Shown: positions 29,604 to 39,490, numbered from the stretch's first letter. The stretch: DNA of 53,856 nucleotides from Pseudomonadota bacterium (GCA_041178265.1 JBEGVR010000163.1:1-53856), one strand, 5' to 3'. Program-made: numbers and translations. The notes: generated by a model from the letters alone, not told the origin.

Positions 29604-30692
29604 ATGTCCTCGCACGACCCCCGCTCGACCCTTTCGCTGGAACTGCGCAGCCTCGCCTGGCTGGTGGCGGTGTTCTCGGCGGCTTTCCTTTTCATCCTGT
29701 GGCCTTTCCTGGGCGCGGTGCTGTGGGCGGTGGCCATCGCCATCGTCTTCGAACCCGTGCATGCGCGGGTGCGGCAGCAGACCCGGCAGCGGGCCACCCT
29801 CGCCTCCCTGCTGACGCTGGCCCTCATCGTCCTGATCGTGATCCTGCCCCTGATCCTGGTCGGCGCGGCGGTGGTCCAGGAAGCGGCCGCCGCGGTCCAG
29901 AAGATCCGGGCAGGTGAAATCAACTTCGGCCAGTACCTGCAACTGGTGATCGCCGCCCTGCCCGATTGGGTGCGCGGCCTGCTTGATCGCCTGGGCCTCA
30001 TGAACCTCGCGGCCTTGCAGCAGCAACTCTCGTCCCTGCTGGCGGGCAGCGGCCAGTTCATCACCACCCACCTGCTGGGCCTGGGCCAGAACACCCTGGA
30101 CTTCGTGGTGGCCCTGTTCGTGATGCTGTACCTGCTGTTCTTCCTGCTGCGTGACGGGCGGGTGTTGTCCGATCGCATCGCCCGGACCCTGCCCCTGCGT
30201 GAAGACCACGCCGAGCGCCTGCTGGCGCAGTTCGTCACGGTGGTGCGGGCCACGGTCAAGGGCAACATCGTCATTGCCGTGGTCCAGGGCCTCCTGGGCG
30301 GCATTGCCTTCGCGGTGCTGGGCCTGCCCGGCGCACTGCTCTGGGGCACGCTGATGTCGCTGCTGTCGCTGCTGCCCGCTGTCGGCGCGGCCCTGGTCTG
30401 GGGGCCGGTAGCCGCCTACATGCTGTTCACCGGGCAGGTATGGGGTGCGGTCGGACTCACCCTGTGGGGCGTGCTGGCCATCGGCCTGGTCGACAACGTG
30501 CTGCGCCCGATCCTGGTGGGCCGCGACACGCACATGCCGGACTATCTGGTGCTGGTCACCACCCTGGGCGGTATCGCAGTCTTCGGCATCAACGGGTTCG
30601 TGATCGGCCCCGTCATCGCCGCCATGTTTCTGGTGGCATGGAACCTGTTCGCGTCGATCCGGCGCGAGCTTCGGGACGACACGCTCGCCTGA
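29604..30692 (+). CDS. AI-2E/PerM-family transporter
   Basis: Multi-TM; LFFLLRDG, LPAVGAALVWGP, VDNVLRPILVG, GFVIGPVIAA. Confidence 0.92.
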   Translation: MSSHDPRSTLSLELRSLAWLVAVFSAAFLFILWPFLGAVLWAVAIAIVFEPVHARVRQQTRQRATLASLLTLALIVLIVILPLILVGAAVVQEAAAAVQKIRAGEINFGQYLQLVIAALPDWVRGLLDRLGLMNLAALQQQLSSLLAGSGQFITTHLLGLGQNTLDFVVALFVMLYLLFFLLRDGRVLSDRIARTLPLREDHAERLLAQFVTVVRATVKGNIVIAVVQGLLGGIAFAVLGLPGALLWGTLMSLLSLLPAVGAALVWGPVAAYMLFTGQVWGAVGLTLWGVLAIGLVDNVLRPILVGRDTHMPDYLVLVTTLGGIAVFGINGFVIGPVIAAMFLVAWNLFASIRRELRDDTLA

Positions 30693-30725
30693 ACGCCACC
30701 GACATCCGGCCGGCCATCAGGCTCC

Positions 30726-30751
30726 CGCCGTACGCGCCGTACGCGCCGTAC
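30726..30751. repeat. Short tandem repeat (CGCCGTACG) x ~2.9
   Basis: cgccgtacg-cgccgtacg-cgccgtac in the intergenic region. Confidence 0.8.
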
Positions 30752-30891
30752 CCGGCGAAGGCCGGCCCGCCAGCCAGCCACCCAAAAAACGAATACGGGG
30801 GTAAGATTCTATGCGTCTTTATTAATTCTTTGAAATTAATTAAGATCTTCCTAATTCGAAAATCGTAATGCAAAGCTCACAAGGCCGCCCC

Positions 30892-31419
30892 ATGCCCAAT
30901 CTCGTCGACGCCCTCAAGACGCAAATCACCCAGGTGGCCCAAAAGGCCTTGCGCAGCCAAGCCCAGCAAATCAAGAAAACCACCGCCTCCCACGACAAGG
31001 AAATCGCGGCCCTGCAGCGCCGCATCGACTCCCTGGAACGCCTTGTCGTGGCCCTGCGGGGCCAGCGCCCCAAGGCCGCCGGGCCGCACGGGTCGTCCCG
31101 GGCCTCGCGCACGCGTCGTCCGGTGCGCGCAGCCCACCGGGCGGTGGCCCAGGGCCAGCCCGAAGACGGCCCTGCCCTGCGTTTCAGCGCCAAGGGCTTC
31201 TCCAAGCTGCGCCAGCGCCTGGGCCTGTCGGCGGCGGCCATGGGCGTCTTGCTCGGCGTCACGGCCCAATCCGTCTACAAATGGGAAGATGGCAAGGCCC
31301 GCCCCCGGGCCACGCAGTTGCAGGCCATCGCCGCGGTGCGCAAACTGGGCAAACGCGCAGCCGCCCAGCGCCTGGCCGACCTGGAAAGCAGTGAACCCGC
31401 CCGGCGCGTCACCCACTGA
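30892..31419 (+). CDS. Coiled-coil + C-terminal XRE-type HTH DNA-binding protein
   Basis: N-terminal heptad-like helix (EIAALQRRIDSLERLV), basic linker, then LRQRLGLSAAAMGVLLGVTAQSVYKWEDGKARP. Confidence 0.85.
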   Translation: MPNLVDALKTQITQVAQKALRSQAQQIKKTTASHDKEIAALQRRIDSLERLVVALRGQRPKAAGPHGSSRASRTRRPVRAAHRAVAQGQPEDGPALRFSAKGFSKLRQRLGLSAAAMGVLLGVTAQSVYKWEDGKARPRATQLQAIAAVRKLGKRAAAQRLADLESSEPARRVTH

Positions 31420-31473
31420 GACTTCAGGTGCCGGGGCAGCCGCGGCATGCCGGGCCCGCCGCGCCACTCGCCT

Positions 31474-32238
31474 TTAGAGCTTCGAAAAATCCGGCTTGCG
31501 CTTTTCCAGGAAAGCGCCAAAGGCCTCCTTGGCCGCCGGTTGGGTCAGCATGCGTCCGAACACGGCGCCCTCTTCCTTCATCTGCGCCAGCACCTGCGTC
31601 TGTTGGCCCATCTTCATCAGGCGCTTGGTCTCGATCAACGAGGACAGGGGCTTGACGGCCAGCTTGCGCGCCTGGGCCTGGGCCAGGGCCTTGGCCTCTG
31701 AAGGCGGGACCACGCGATTGACCAGCCCCACCTCCAGGGCCGCTTCGGCCATGAAGGGGTCCCCCAGCAGCAAGGCCTCGGCCGCGCGGTGGTACCCCAT
31801 CATCTGAGGCACCAGCAGGCTGGACGCCGCCTCGGGGCACAGGCCCAGGTTCACGAAGGGCATGGAAAACGCGGCGTTATCGCCCGCATAGACCAGGTCA
31901 CAGTGAAACAGGATGGTGGTGCCGATGCCCACGGCCGGTCCGCACACCGCGGCCACCAGGGGCTTGGGGAAACCCGCCAGCGTGTACAGGAACTTGAACA
32001 CCGGCGCCTCGGGACCTGCGGGCGGCGTGTTCAGGAAGTCGCCGATGTCGTTGCCGGCGCTGAAGATGGTCTCGCTGCCCTGGATCACCACGACCCGCAC
32101 CGACGCATCGGACTGCGCCGCCACCAGCGCGTCGTTCAGCGCCCCATACATGGCGGCGGTGATGGAGTTCTTGCGGTCGGGGCGGTTGAGGGTGAGCGTG
32201 GTCACGCCCGCTTCGGTATGGACAAGGATGTCGCTCAT
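31474..32238 (-). CDS. Enoyl-CoA hydratase/isomerase family protein
   Basis: LNRPDRKNSIT, FSAGNDI, GPAVGIG, PFVNLGLCPEAASS. Confidence 0.93.
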   Translation of the reverse strand: MSDILVHTEAGVTTLTLNRPDRKNSITAAMYGALNDALVAAQSDASVRVVVIQGSETIFSAGNDIGDFLNTPPAGPEAPVFKFLYTLAGFPKPLVAAVCGPAVGIGTTILFHCDLVYAGDNAAFSMPFVNLGLCPEAASSLLVPQMMGYHRAAEALLLGDPFMAEAALEVGLVNRVVPPSEAKALAQAQARKLAVKPLSSLIETKRLMKMGQQTQVLAQMKEEGAVFGRMLTQPAAKEAFGAFLEKRKPDFSKL

Positions 32239-32300
32239 GGCGCTGGGCTCTCCGGTGTGTAGGGTTTCGCGTTCAGGAACCTGCGGATTGTCGGTGCATC

Positions 32301-33509
32301 TCAGACCCGCTCGAAAATGCCGGCGGCGCCCTGCCCCATGCCCACGCACATGGTGACCATGCCGTAACGCAGTTTGCGGCGCCGCAGGGCGTGAATCACG
32401 GTGGCCGAGCGGATCGCGCCGGTGGCGCCCAGCGGGTGGCCCAGGGCGATCGCGCCACCCAGGGGGTTCACTCGTACCGGATCCAGCCCCAGCGTGTTGA
32501 TCACCGCCAGCGATTGGGCCGCGAAGGCCTCGTTCAGTTCGATCCAGTCGATGTCGTCCTGCTTCAGGCCCGCCGCCTTGAGCGCTGCGGGGATGGCCTC
32601 GACGGGGCCGATGCCCATGATGTGGGGCGGCACGCCGCGGCTGGCGTAGCTCACGAAACGGGCCAGCGGCGTGAGGTTGAAGCGCCGGATCGCAGCCTCG
32701 CTGGCCAGGACCAGGGCGCCAGCGCCATCCGACGTCTGCGAGCTGTTGCCCGCGGTCACGCTGCCGCGCACCGCGAACACCGTCTTGAGCCTGGCCAGCG
32801 CCTCCATTGTGGTGTCGGGGCGTGCGCCCTCGTCCAGGTTGACGGTGCGGGTGGTGATGCCCACCTTCGCGGACGCGAGGTCCACCGACCGCTCGCTCAC
32901 GTCCACGGGCGTGATCTCGTTGCCGAACTCACCGGCCTGCATGGCGGCCACGGCCCGCTGGTGCGACTGGCACGCAAACCGGTCCTGCGCCTCGCGGCTC
33001 ACCTTCCATTGCTGCGCCACCTTCTCGGCGGTCAGGCCCATGCCGTAGGCGATGCCATAGCGTTCGAGGTCGTCGGGGTCCGAGAAGATGGCGGGCGACA
33101 GGGAGGGTGCATTCCCCATCATCGGCACCAGGCTCATGCTCTCGGTGCCGGCGGCGATCATCACGTCGGCCTCACCCACGCGGATGCGGTCGGCCGCCAT
33201 CTGCACCGCCGACAGGCCCGAGGCGCAGAAGCGGTTCACGGTGATGCCGCCCACCGACTTCGGAAACCCGGCCAGCACCGCGCCCACGCGCGCCACGTTC
33301 AGGCCCTGCTGCGCCTCGGGGATGGCGCAGCCGCAGACCACGTCCTCGATCGCGGCGGGGTCCAGCCCCGGCACCTGGGCCAGGGCCGAACGCAGCACCG
33401 TGGCCAGCAGGTCGTCAGGGCGGGTGTGGCGAAAGAAGCCCCGGTGCGATCGGCCGATCGGGGTGCGCGTGGCTGCGACGATGTAGGCGTCCTGGATCTG
33501 CTTGCTCAT
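32301..33509 (-). CDS. fadA: Acetyl-CoA C-acyltransferase (thiolase)
   Basis: NRFCASG, TAGNSSQTSDGA, ELNEAFA, GHPLGATG, MCVGMGQG. Confidence 0.93.
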   Translation of the reverse strand: MSKQIQDAYIVAATRTPIGRSHRGFFRHTRPDDLLATVLRSALAQVPGLDPAAIEDVVCGCAIPEAQQGLNVARVGAVLAGFPKSVGGITVNRFCASGLSAVQMAADRIRVGEADVMIAAGTESMSLVPMMGNAPSLSPAIFSDPDDLERYGIAYGMGLTAEKVAQQWKVSREAQDRFACQSHQRAVAAMQAGEFGNEITPVDVSERSVDLASAKVGITTRTVNLDEGARPDTTMEALARLKTVFAVRGSVTAGNSSQTSDGAGALVLASEAAIRRFNLTPLARFVSYASRGVPPHIMGIGPVEAIPAALKAAGLKQDDIDWIELNEAFAAQSLAVINTLGLDPVRVNPLGGAIALGHPLGATGAIRSATVIHALRRRKLRYGMVTMCVGMGQGAAGIFERV

Positions 33510-33522
33510 GTCGTCGGATCCT

Positions 33523-35967
33523 TCAATTGCGCAGGGGCTTGCCGGTGGACAGCATGCCCAGGATGCGTTCCTGCGTCTTCGGGTGGGTGATCAGCGAGCA
33601 GAAGGCCTGCCGCTCCAACGCCATGAGGTATTCCTCGGAGATCGGCGTGCCAGCCTCGACATCGCCGCCGGTCACCACGTTCGCGATCAGGCTGGCGATG
33701 TGAAAGTCATGCGCGCTGATGAAGCCGCCATCGCGCAGGTTCACCAGCTGGCCCTGGATGGTGGCCTTGCCTGCGCGGCCCGCCACCGGGAAGAGGCGGC
33801 GCAGGGGCGGCCGCCAGCCCGCATCGGCCAGGGATCGCACCTGCTGCAAGGCGACATACAGGAGTTCGTCCTTGTTCGCGACGATCACGTCGTCGTCCAG
33901 CAGGTAGCCGAGCTTTCGCGACTCCAGCGCGCTGGTGCCCACCTTGGCCATGGCCGCGGCGGTGAAACCTTCGGTCAGGAAAGGCAGCAGGTCCTTGTGC
34001 GTAGACAGCGCCTGGTTCTCGGCGGCACGGCGGGCGATGTAGGCCAGGCCGCCCGCGCCGGGCACCAGGCCCACGCCCACTTCCACCAGACCAATGTAGC
34101 TTTCCATGGCAGCGGCGCGCCGCGCCGAATGCACCGCCAGCTCGCAGCCACCCCCGAGGGCCAGGCCGCGGATTGCGGACACCACGGGCACTGCGGCATA
34201 ACGAATCCGCAGCATCGTCTGCTGCAGGAAATGCTCGGCGTCCTCGATGGCACTCACACCCACCGCCATGAAGGCGGGCAGCATCGCCTGCAGGTCAGCG
34301 CCCGCGGAGAAGGGCTCGTCACCCGACCAGATCACCAGGCCCTGGTAATCGCGCTCCGCCAGATCGACGGCGCGCTGCAAGCCCTCGGCCACCTCGGGGC
34401 TGATCGCATGCATCTTGGTCTTGAGGCTGGCAATCAACGCCTGACCGTCCAGCGTCCACAGGCGGATACCGCCATCTTCATGCAGCGTGGTGCCTGCAGT
34501 CTCGAAGCGCGGAGCACCGCTGCCCAGAACGCGCTCGGGAAAATGCTGGCGCGCATGCACGGGCAACACGCGACGCGGCTCGAAGCGCTGCGTGGTGGGG
34601 TTCCAGGACCCCTCGGGCGTGTGCACGCCGCCGGCTTGCGCCACTGGCCCCTCGAACACCCACTCAGGCAGCGGCGCACGCGAGAGCGCCTTGCCGGCGT
34701 CGATATCCTCCTGCACCCACTGCGCCACCTGCAGCCAGCCGGCTTCCTGCCAGAGTTCGAACGGACCCTGCTTCATGCCAAAGCCCCAACGCATCGCGAA
34801 GTCCATGTCGCGCGCGGTGTCGGCGATGGACGGAAGGTGCACCGCCGCGTAATGAAATCCGTTGCGAAGGATCGCCCAGAGAAACTGCCCTTGCGCGCCC
34901 TCGGCATGCCGCAGCAGCTTCAGTCGCTCGGCGGCGGGTTTCTTCAGCATGCGGGCGTAGACCTCGTCGGCCTTCTGGCCACCGGGCACGTAGTCCTGGC
35001 TCGTCAGATCGAAGCGCAGCACGTCGCGCCCCACCTTCTTGTAGAAGCCCGCCTGGGACTTCTGCCCCAGGTGGCCCTTTTCGAGCAGGGTCCTGAGCAC
35101 CTCAGGCGTGGCGTAGCTCGGGTAGAAGGGATCGGTCGCCTCGCTGAAGTTGTCCTGGAGCGTCTTGATCACATGGGCCAGCGTGTCCAGGCCCACCACG
35201 TCGGCGGTGCGGAAGGTGCCACTGGCAGCACGCCCCATCTTCTTGCCGGTGAGGTCGTCGACCACGTCGTAGGTCAGGCCATGTGCCTGCGCCTCCTTCA
35301 TCGTGCCCAGCATGCCGGCGATGCCCACGCGGTTGGCGATGAAATTGGGCGAGTCCTTGGCCCGTACCACGCCCTTGCCCAGGGTGGTCGTGACGAAGGT
35401 CTCGAGGTCGTCCAGGATGGCAGCCTGCGTGGCGGGCGTGGCGATCAGTTCCACCAGGGTCATGTACCGGGGCGGGTTGAAGAAATGGATGCCGCAAAAG
35501 CGCGGGCGGATCGCCTCGGGCAGGGCCTCGGAGAGTTTCGTGATCGACAGCCCCGAGGTGTTGGACGCGACGATGGCATGCGGCGCCACATGCGGCGCGA
35601 TGTGCCGGTACAGGTCCAGCTTCCAGTCCATGCGCTCGGCGATCGCTTCGATCACCAGGTCGCAGTCCCTGAGCAGGCCCAGGTGGTCCTGGTAGTTGGC
35701 AGGCTGGATCAGGGCGGCCTCATCGGCCACACCCAGGGGTGCGGGCTTGAGCTTTTTAAGACCCTCGATGGCCCGCAGCACGATGCCGTTGCGGTCCGCC
35801 TCGGTGGCACCCACGCCCCCGTCAGCGCCCTTGGCCGGCAGGTCAAAGAGCAGCACCGGCACCCGGACGTTGACCAGGTGCGCCGCGATCTGCGCGCCCA
35901 TCACGCCGGCGCCGAGCACGGCGACTTTCTTCACGCGCAGCGCGCGCGGGTTCTGCGGTGCGTTCAT
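33523..35967 (-). CDS. 3-hydroxyacyl-CoA dehydrogenase / enoyl-CoA hydratase fusion (FadN-type order)
   Basis: VAVLGAGVMG, SNTSG, HFFNPPRYM in the N-terminal half; FSAGADL, ALGGGCE, GLVEVGVGLVP in the C-terminal half; ends GKPLRN. Confidence 0.93.
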   Translation of the reverse strand: MNAPQNPRALRVKKVAVLGAGVMGAQIAAHLVNVRVPVLLFDLPAKGADGGVGATEADRNGIVLRAIEGLKKLKPAPLGVADEAALIQPANYQDHLGLLRDCDLVIEAIAERMDWKLDLYRHIAPHVAPHAIVASNTSGLSITKLSEALPEAIRPRFCGIHFFNPPRYMTLVELIATPATQAAILDDLETFVTTTLGKGVVRAKDSPNFIANRVGIAGMLGTMKEAQAHGLTYDVVDDLTGKKMGRAASGTFRTADVVGLDTLAHVIKTLQDNFSEATDPFYPSYATPEVLRTLLEKGHLGQKSQAGFYKKVGRDVLRFDLTSQDYVPGGQKADEVYARMLKKPAAERLKLLRHAEGAQGQFLWAILRNGFHYAAVHLPSIADTARDMDFAMRWGFGMKQGPFELWQEAGWLQVAQWVQEDIDAGKALSRAPLPEWVFEGPVAQAGGVHTPEGSWNPTTQRFEPRRVLPVHARQHFPERVLGSGAPRFETAGTTLHEDGGIRLWTLDGQALIASLKTKMHAISPEVAEGLQRAVDLAERDYQGLVIWSGDEPFSAGADLQAMLPAFMAVGVSAIEDAEHFLQQTMLRIRYAAVPVVSAIRGLALGGGCELAVHSARRAAAMESYIGLVEVGVGLVPGAGGLAYIARRAAENQALSTHKDLLPFLTEGFTAAAMAKVGTSALESRKLGYLLDDDVIVANKDELLYVALQQVRSLADAGWRPPLRRLFPVAGRAGKATIQGQLVNLRDGGFISAHDFHIASLIANVVTGGDVEAGTPISEEYLMALERQAFCSLITHPKTQERILGMLSTGKPLRN

Positions 35968-36040
35968 GGCACGCCCGCCGGGGTCATCTGCGCCCGCGCA
36001 CAGCCACCAGCGCACAGGGCCCGGACGATCAGGGCCTTGT

Positions 36041-37837
36041 TCATGCCAGGGCCTCCTCGGTGTCCATCAGCACCTTGGCGCCACCGCGTGCGCTGCGCAT
36101 CAGGGTGGCGGTCTCGGGGAACAGCTTGGCGAAATAGAAGCGCGCGGTCTGCAACTTGCCCTGGTAGAAAGGATCGGTGTTGCCCGCAGCGATCTCACGC
36201 AGCGCCACCTGCGCCATGCGCGCCCAGAAGTAGCCGAACACCAGGTGGCCTGCCACCCGCAGATAATCGACAGCGGCGGCGCCCACTTCGTCGGCGTTCT
36301 GGAAGGCCTTGAAGCCGATCTCGGTGGTGAACTTCGTCATTTGCTCGCCCAGGTAGGCCAGCGGGTTGATGAATTCGGCCATCTTCTCGTTGACCCCCTC
36401 TTCTTCCACCAGCTGCGCGATCATCCTGCCGAACTTCCTGAGCGTGGCGCCGTTGTTTCCCAGCACCTTGCGCCCCAGCAGGTCCAGCGACTGGATGGTG
36501 TTGGTGCCTTCGTAGATCATGTTGATGCGGTTGTCCCGCACGAACTGCTCCATCCCCCACTCCTTGATGAAGCCGTGACCGCCGAACACCTGCAGGCAGG
36601 CGTTGGTGGCGATGTGGCCGTTGTCGGTGATGAAGGCCTTCACGATGGGCGTGAGCAGGGCCACGAGCTCGGCGCTGTCCTTGCGCACCTTCTCGTCGGG
36701 GTGATGGAGTTCGCGGTCGATCAGCAATGCGCAAAACAGGTTCAAGGCGCGCCCGCCCTCGGCATAGGCCTTGGCGGTCAGGAGCATCTTGCGCACATCG
36801 GGGTGCACCAGGATGGAATCAGCTGGCTTGTCCTTGTGCTTGGGGCCGGTGAGGCTGCGTGACTGGATGCGATCCTTGGCATAGGCCAGCGCGTTCTGGA
36901 ACGCCACCTCCGTGAGGCCCAGAGACTGCATGCCCACGCCGATGCGCGCGGCGTTCATCATCACGAACATCGCCGCCAGACCCTTATGGGGCTGGCCCAC
37001 CAGCGTGCCGACCGCGCCATCGAGCACCATCTGGCAGGTGGCGTTGCCGTGGATCCCCATCTTGTGCTCCAGGCCGCCGCAGTAAATGCCATTGCGTTTG
37101 CCCAGGGATCCGTCGTCGTTCACGAGGTATTTGGGCACGATGAACAGGCTGATGCCCTTGCTGCCCGCTGGCGCATCGGGCAGTCGGGCCAGCACCAGGT
37201 GCACGATGTTCGGCACAAAGTCGTGCTCGCCCGCCGAGATGAAGATCTTCTGGCCCGTGAGGCGGTAGCTGCCATCGGGCTGCGGTTCGGCCTTGGTGCG
37301 CAGCATCCCCAGGTCGGTGCCGCAGTGCGGCTCGGTCAGGCACATGGTGCCTGTCCATTCGCCCGAAGTGAGCTTGGGCAGGTACATCGCTTTCTGTTCG
37401 GCGGTGCCGTGCGTGTGCAGGCACTCGTAGGCGCCATGCGTGAGGCCCGGGTACATGGTCCAGGCCTGGTTGGCGCTATTGAGCATCTCGTAGAAGCACT
37501 GGTTCACCACGATCGGCAGACCCTGACCGCCATAGGCCGGGTCGGCCGAAAGTGCGGGCCAGCCGCCTGCCACGTACTTCGCAAAGGCTTGCTTGAAACC
37601 GGCAGGCGTGGTGACCTCGTGGGTCTCGCGGTTCAGGGCGCAGCCCTCGGTGTCGCCGCTGACGTTCAGGGGCTGGATCACCTCGCTGGCGAACTTGCCG
37701 CCCTCCTCGAGGACGGCGTTGATGGTGTCGGCATCGACCTCCTGGTGACGCGGCATCATGCGGTACTCGTCGGCGACCTGCAGCACTTCATGCATCACGA
37801 ATTGCATGTCTCGCAGCGGTGGGGTGTAGGTGGGCAT
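36041..37837 (-). CDS. Acyl-CoA dehydrogenase (long ~600 aa type)
   Basis: GTMCLTEPHCGTDLG, GQKIFIS, EHKMGIHG, QVFGGHG, IYEGTN. Confidence 0.95.
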   Translation of the reverse strand: MPTYTPPLRDMQFVMHEVLQVADEYRMMPRHQEVDADTINAVLEEGGKFASEVIQPLNVSGDTEGCALNRETHEVTTPAGFKQAFAKYVAGGWPALSADPAYGGQGLPIVVNQCFYEMLNSANQAWTMYPGLTHGAYECLHTHGTAEQKAMYLPKLTSGEWTGTMCLTEPHCGTDLGMLRTKAEPQPDGSYRLTGQKIFISAGEHDFVPNIVHLVLARLPDAPAGSKGISLFIVPKYLVNDDGSLGKRNGIYCGGLEHKMGIHGNATCQMVLDGAVGTLVGQPHKGLAAMFVMMNAARIGVGMQSLGLTEVAFQNALAYAKDRIQSRSLTGPKHKDKPADSILVHPDVRKMLLTAKAYAEGGRALNLFCALLIDRELHHPDEKVRKDSAELVALLTPIVKAFITDNGHIATNACLQVFGGHGFIKEWGMEQFVRDNRINMIYEGTNTIQSLDLLGRKVLGNNGATLRKFGRMIAQLVEEEGVNEKMAEFINPLAYLGEQMTKFTTEIGFKAFQNADEVGAAAVDYLRVAGHLVFGYFWARMAQVALREIAAGNTDPFYQGKLQTARFYFAKLFPETATLMRSARGGAKVLMDTEEALA

Positions 37838-37885
37838 GGCGGCAAGGGCTCCTGAAGGTCGGTGAAATCGGAAAACAGCAGAAAA

Positions 37886-38536
37886 CTACGATGCCAGCCC
37901 CTGGGGGGGGCCGGCAAGAAAATGGTCGAGGATGCGTTCAAACCCGGCCTCGGCCCGGGCGATCGCGCCGGGGCTACGCAGCAGGCGCGCCTCGTGGTGC
38001 AGGGCCAGGATGAGACCGTGGATCTCGAACAGGATCTGGTCCGCGTCTGCGTCGGCGCGCAGGTGCCCCTCCTGGCGGGACTGTGCGATGGCACGGCGCA
38101 TGCCCGCGTGCCACAGCTGCACCGACTGCACCAGGGCATCGCGCACCGGGCCAGGGCGGTCATCGAATTCGACGGCGCCGCTGATGTAGAGGCAGCCCGA
38201 GTCGATTTCGACCGAGGTGCGCTGCATCCAGTGGGCGAACAGTGCGCGCAGGCGCGGCAGGCCGCGCGGCGCCTGCATGGCGGGGTAGAACACCTCGTCC
38301 TCGAAACGGCGGTGGTACTCGCGGATCACCGAGATCTGCAACTCCTCGCGTGATCCGAAATGGGCGAATACGCCTGATTTGCTCATGCGCGCCGCATCCG
38401 CCAGCGCGCCGATGGACAGACCCTCCAGTCCGATCTGCTGCGCCAGCGCCAGGGCGACGTCCACGATGGCCGCCTTGGTCTGCTGCCCCTTGGGCAGGGA
38501 CCGGGTGGTCTTGGCGAGTGCTTCAGGAGAGGGCAT
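37886..38536 (-). CDS. fadP: TetR-family regulator of fatty acid degradation (FadP-like)
   Basis: KGQQTKAAIV...GLSIG...MSKSGVFAHFGSREELQ. Heads a beta-oxidation operon and has a palindrome upstream. The symbol is assigned from context. Confidence 0.75.
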   Translation of the reverse strand: MPSPEALAKTTRSLPKGQQTKAAIVDVALALAQQIGLEGLSIGALADAARMSKSGVFAHFGSREELQISVIREYHRRFEDEVFYPAMQAPRGLPRLRALFAHWMQRTSVEIDSGCLYISGAVEFDDRPGPVRDALVQSVQLWHAGMRRAIAQSRQEGHLRADADADQILFEIHGLILALHHEARLLRSPGAIARAEAGFERILDHFLAGPPQGLAS

Positions 38537-38549
38537 CGGGTGGCGGACA

Positions 38550-38573
38550 AAAATGGAACGACCGTTCTATTTT
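38550..38573. promoter_or_regulatory. Palindromic operator, FadP-type
   Basis: AAAATgGAACG-ac-CGTTCtATTTT, 14-37 bp upstream of the TetR start. Confidence 0.75.
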
Positions 38574-38579
38574 CAAGGG

Positions 38580-38611
38580 AAAAAAGGCCCGCCCGACAGG
38601 GGCGAGCCTTT
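38580..38611 (-). terminator. Rho-independent terminator after the FAA hydrolase gene
   Basis: Minus strand AAAGGCTCGCCC-CTGTC-GGGCGGGCCTTTTTT. Confidence 0.85.
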
Positions 38612-38641
38612 CTTGGGGGCTTTTGACGCTTCTGGGCAGGG

Positions 38642-39490
38642 TCAGCGCTTGAACGCGATGACTTCCTGGCGCTGCTCGCCAAGGCCCTGGATGCCCAGGG
38701 TCATGACATCGCCCTTTTTCAGGAAGCGCGGGGGCTTCATGCCCAGTCCGACGCCGGGTGGCGTGCCGGTGGTGATGATGTCGCCCGGCATCAGGGTCAT
38801 GAACTCGCTCACGTAGCTCACGATCTTGGCCACGTCGAAGATCATGGTGCGGGTGTTGCCGGTCTGCACGCGCTGGCCATTGAGGTCCAGCCACATGTCC
38901 AGTCGCTGCACATTGCCCACTTCATCGGGTGTGACCAGCCAGGGGCCGACCGGGCCGAAGGTGTCGCAGCCCTTGCCCTTGTCCCACTGCGGGCCGCGTT
39001 CGAGCTGGTACTCGCGCTCGCTCACGTCATTGACCAGGCAGTAGCCGGCCACGTGGGCCAGGGCGTCCTTGCGGGTCACGTAGCGCGCGCGGGTGCCGAT
39101 CACCACGCCCAGCTCCACTTCCCAGTCGCCCTTGACCGAGCCCTTGGGCAGCATCACCGGGTCGTTCGGACCTTGCAGGCAGGTGGTGGCCTTCATGAAG
39201 ACCACCGGCTCCTTGGGGATGGGGGCGCCGGACTCGGCGGCATGGTCGGCGTAGTTCAGGCCGATGGCGATGAACTTGCCCACCTGCGACACCGGGCAGC
39301 CGAAACGGGGCTTGCCGCGGACCAGGGGCAGCTTGGCGGGGTTGACCTTGCGCAGCCTGGCCAGGCCGGCGCCACCGAGCTGCTCGGGGCCGATGTCGGC
39401 CACGACGCCGGAGAGGTCGCGCAGTTTTCCGTCGGAGTCGATCAGTCCCGGTTTTTCCTTGCCGGGGTTGCCATAGCGCACGAGTTTCAT
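38642..39490 (-). CDS. Fumarylacetoacetate hydrolase family protein
   Basis: IGLNYADHA, DWEVELGVVIG, NDVSERE, WDKGKGCDTF, PGDIITTGTPPGVG. Confidence 0.93.
   Translation of the reverse strand: MKLVRYGNPGKEKPGLIDSDGKLRDLSGVVADIGPEQLGGAGLARLRKVNPAKLPLVRGKPRFGCPVSQVGKFIAIGLNYADHAAESGAPIPKEPVVFMKATTCLQGPNDPVMLPKGSVKGDWEVELGVVIGTRARYVTRKDALAHVAGYCLVNDVSEREYQLERGPQWDKGKGCDTFGPVGPWLVTPDEVGNVQRLDMWLDLNGQRVQTGNTRTMIFDVAKIVSYVSEFMTLMPGDIITTGTPPGVGLGMKPPRFLKKGDVMTLGIQGLGEQRQEVIAFKR

Noticed and set aside
27101-29917. 938-aa plus-strand ORF and similar long antisense ORFs (e.g. 33502-36312, 21782-24310, 28428-30533, 4686-6278)
   Set aside because: These are shadow ORFs opposite well-supported genes, expected in high-GC DNA, with no recognisable motifs.
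30613-30873. 86-aa minus-strand ORF with GYGAYGAYG repeats
   Set aside because: It is an artefact of the 9-bp tandem repeat and AT-rich promoter, overlaps the AI-2E gene and has no RBS.
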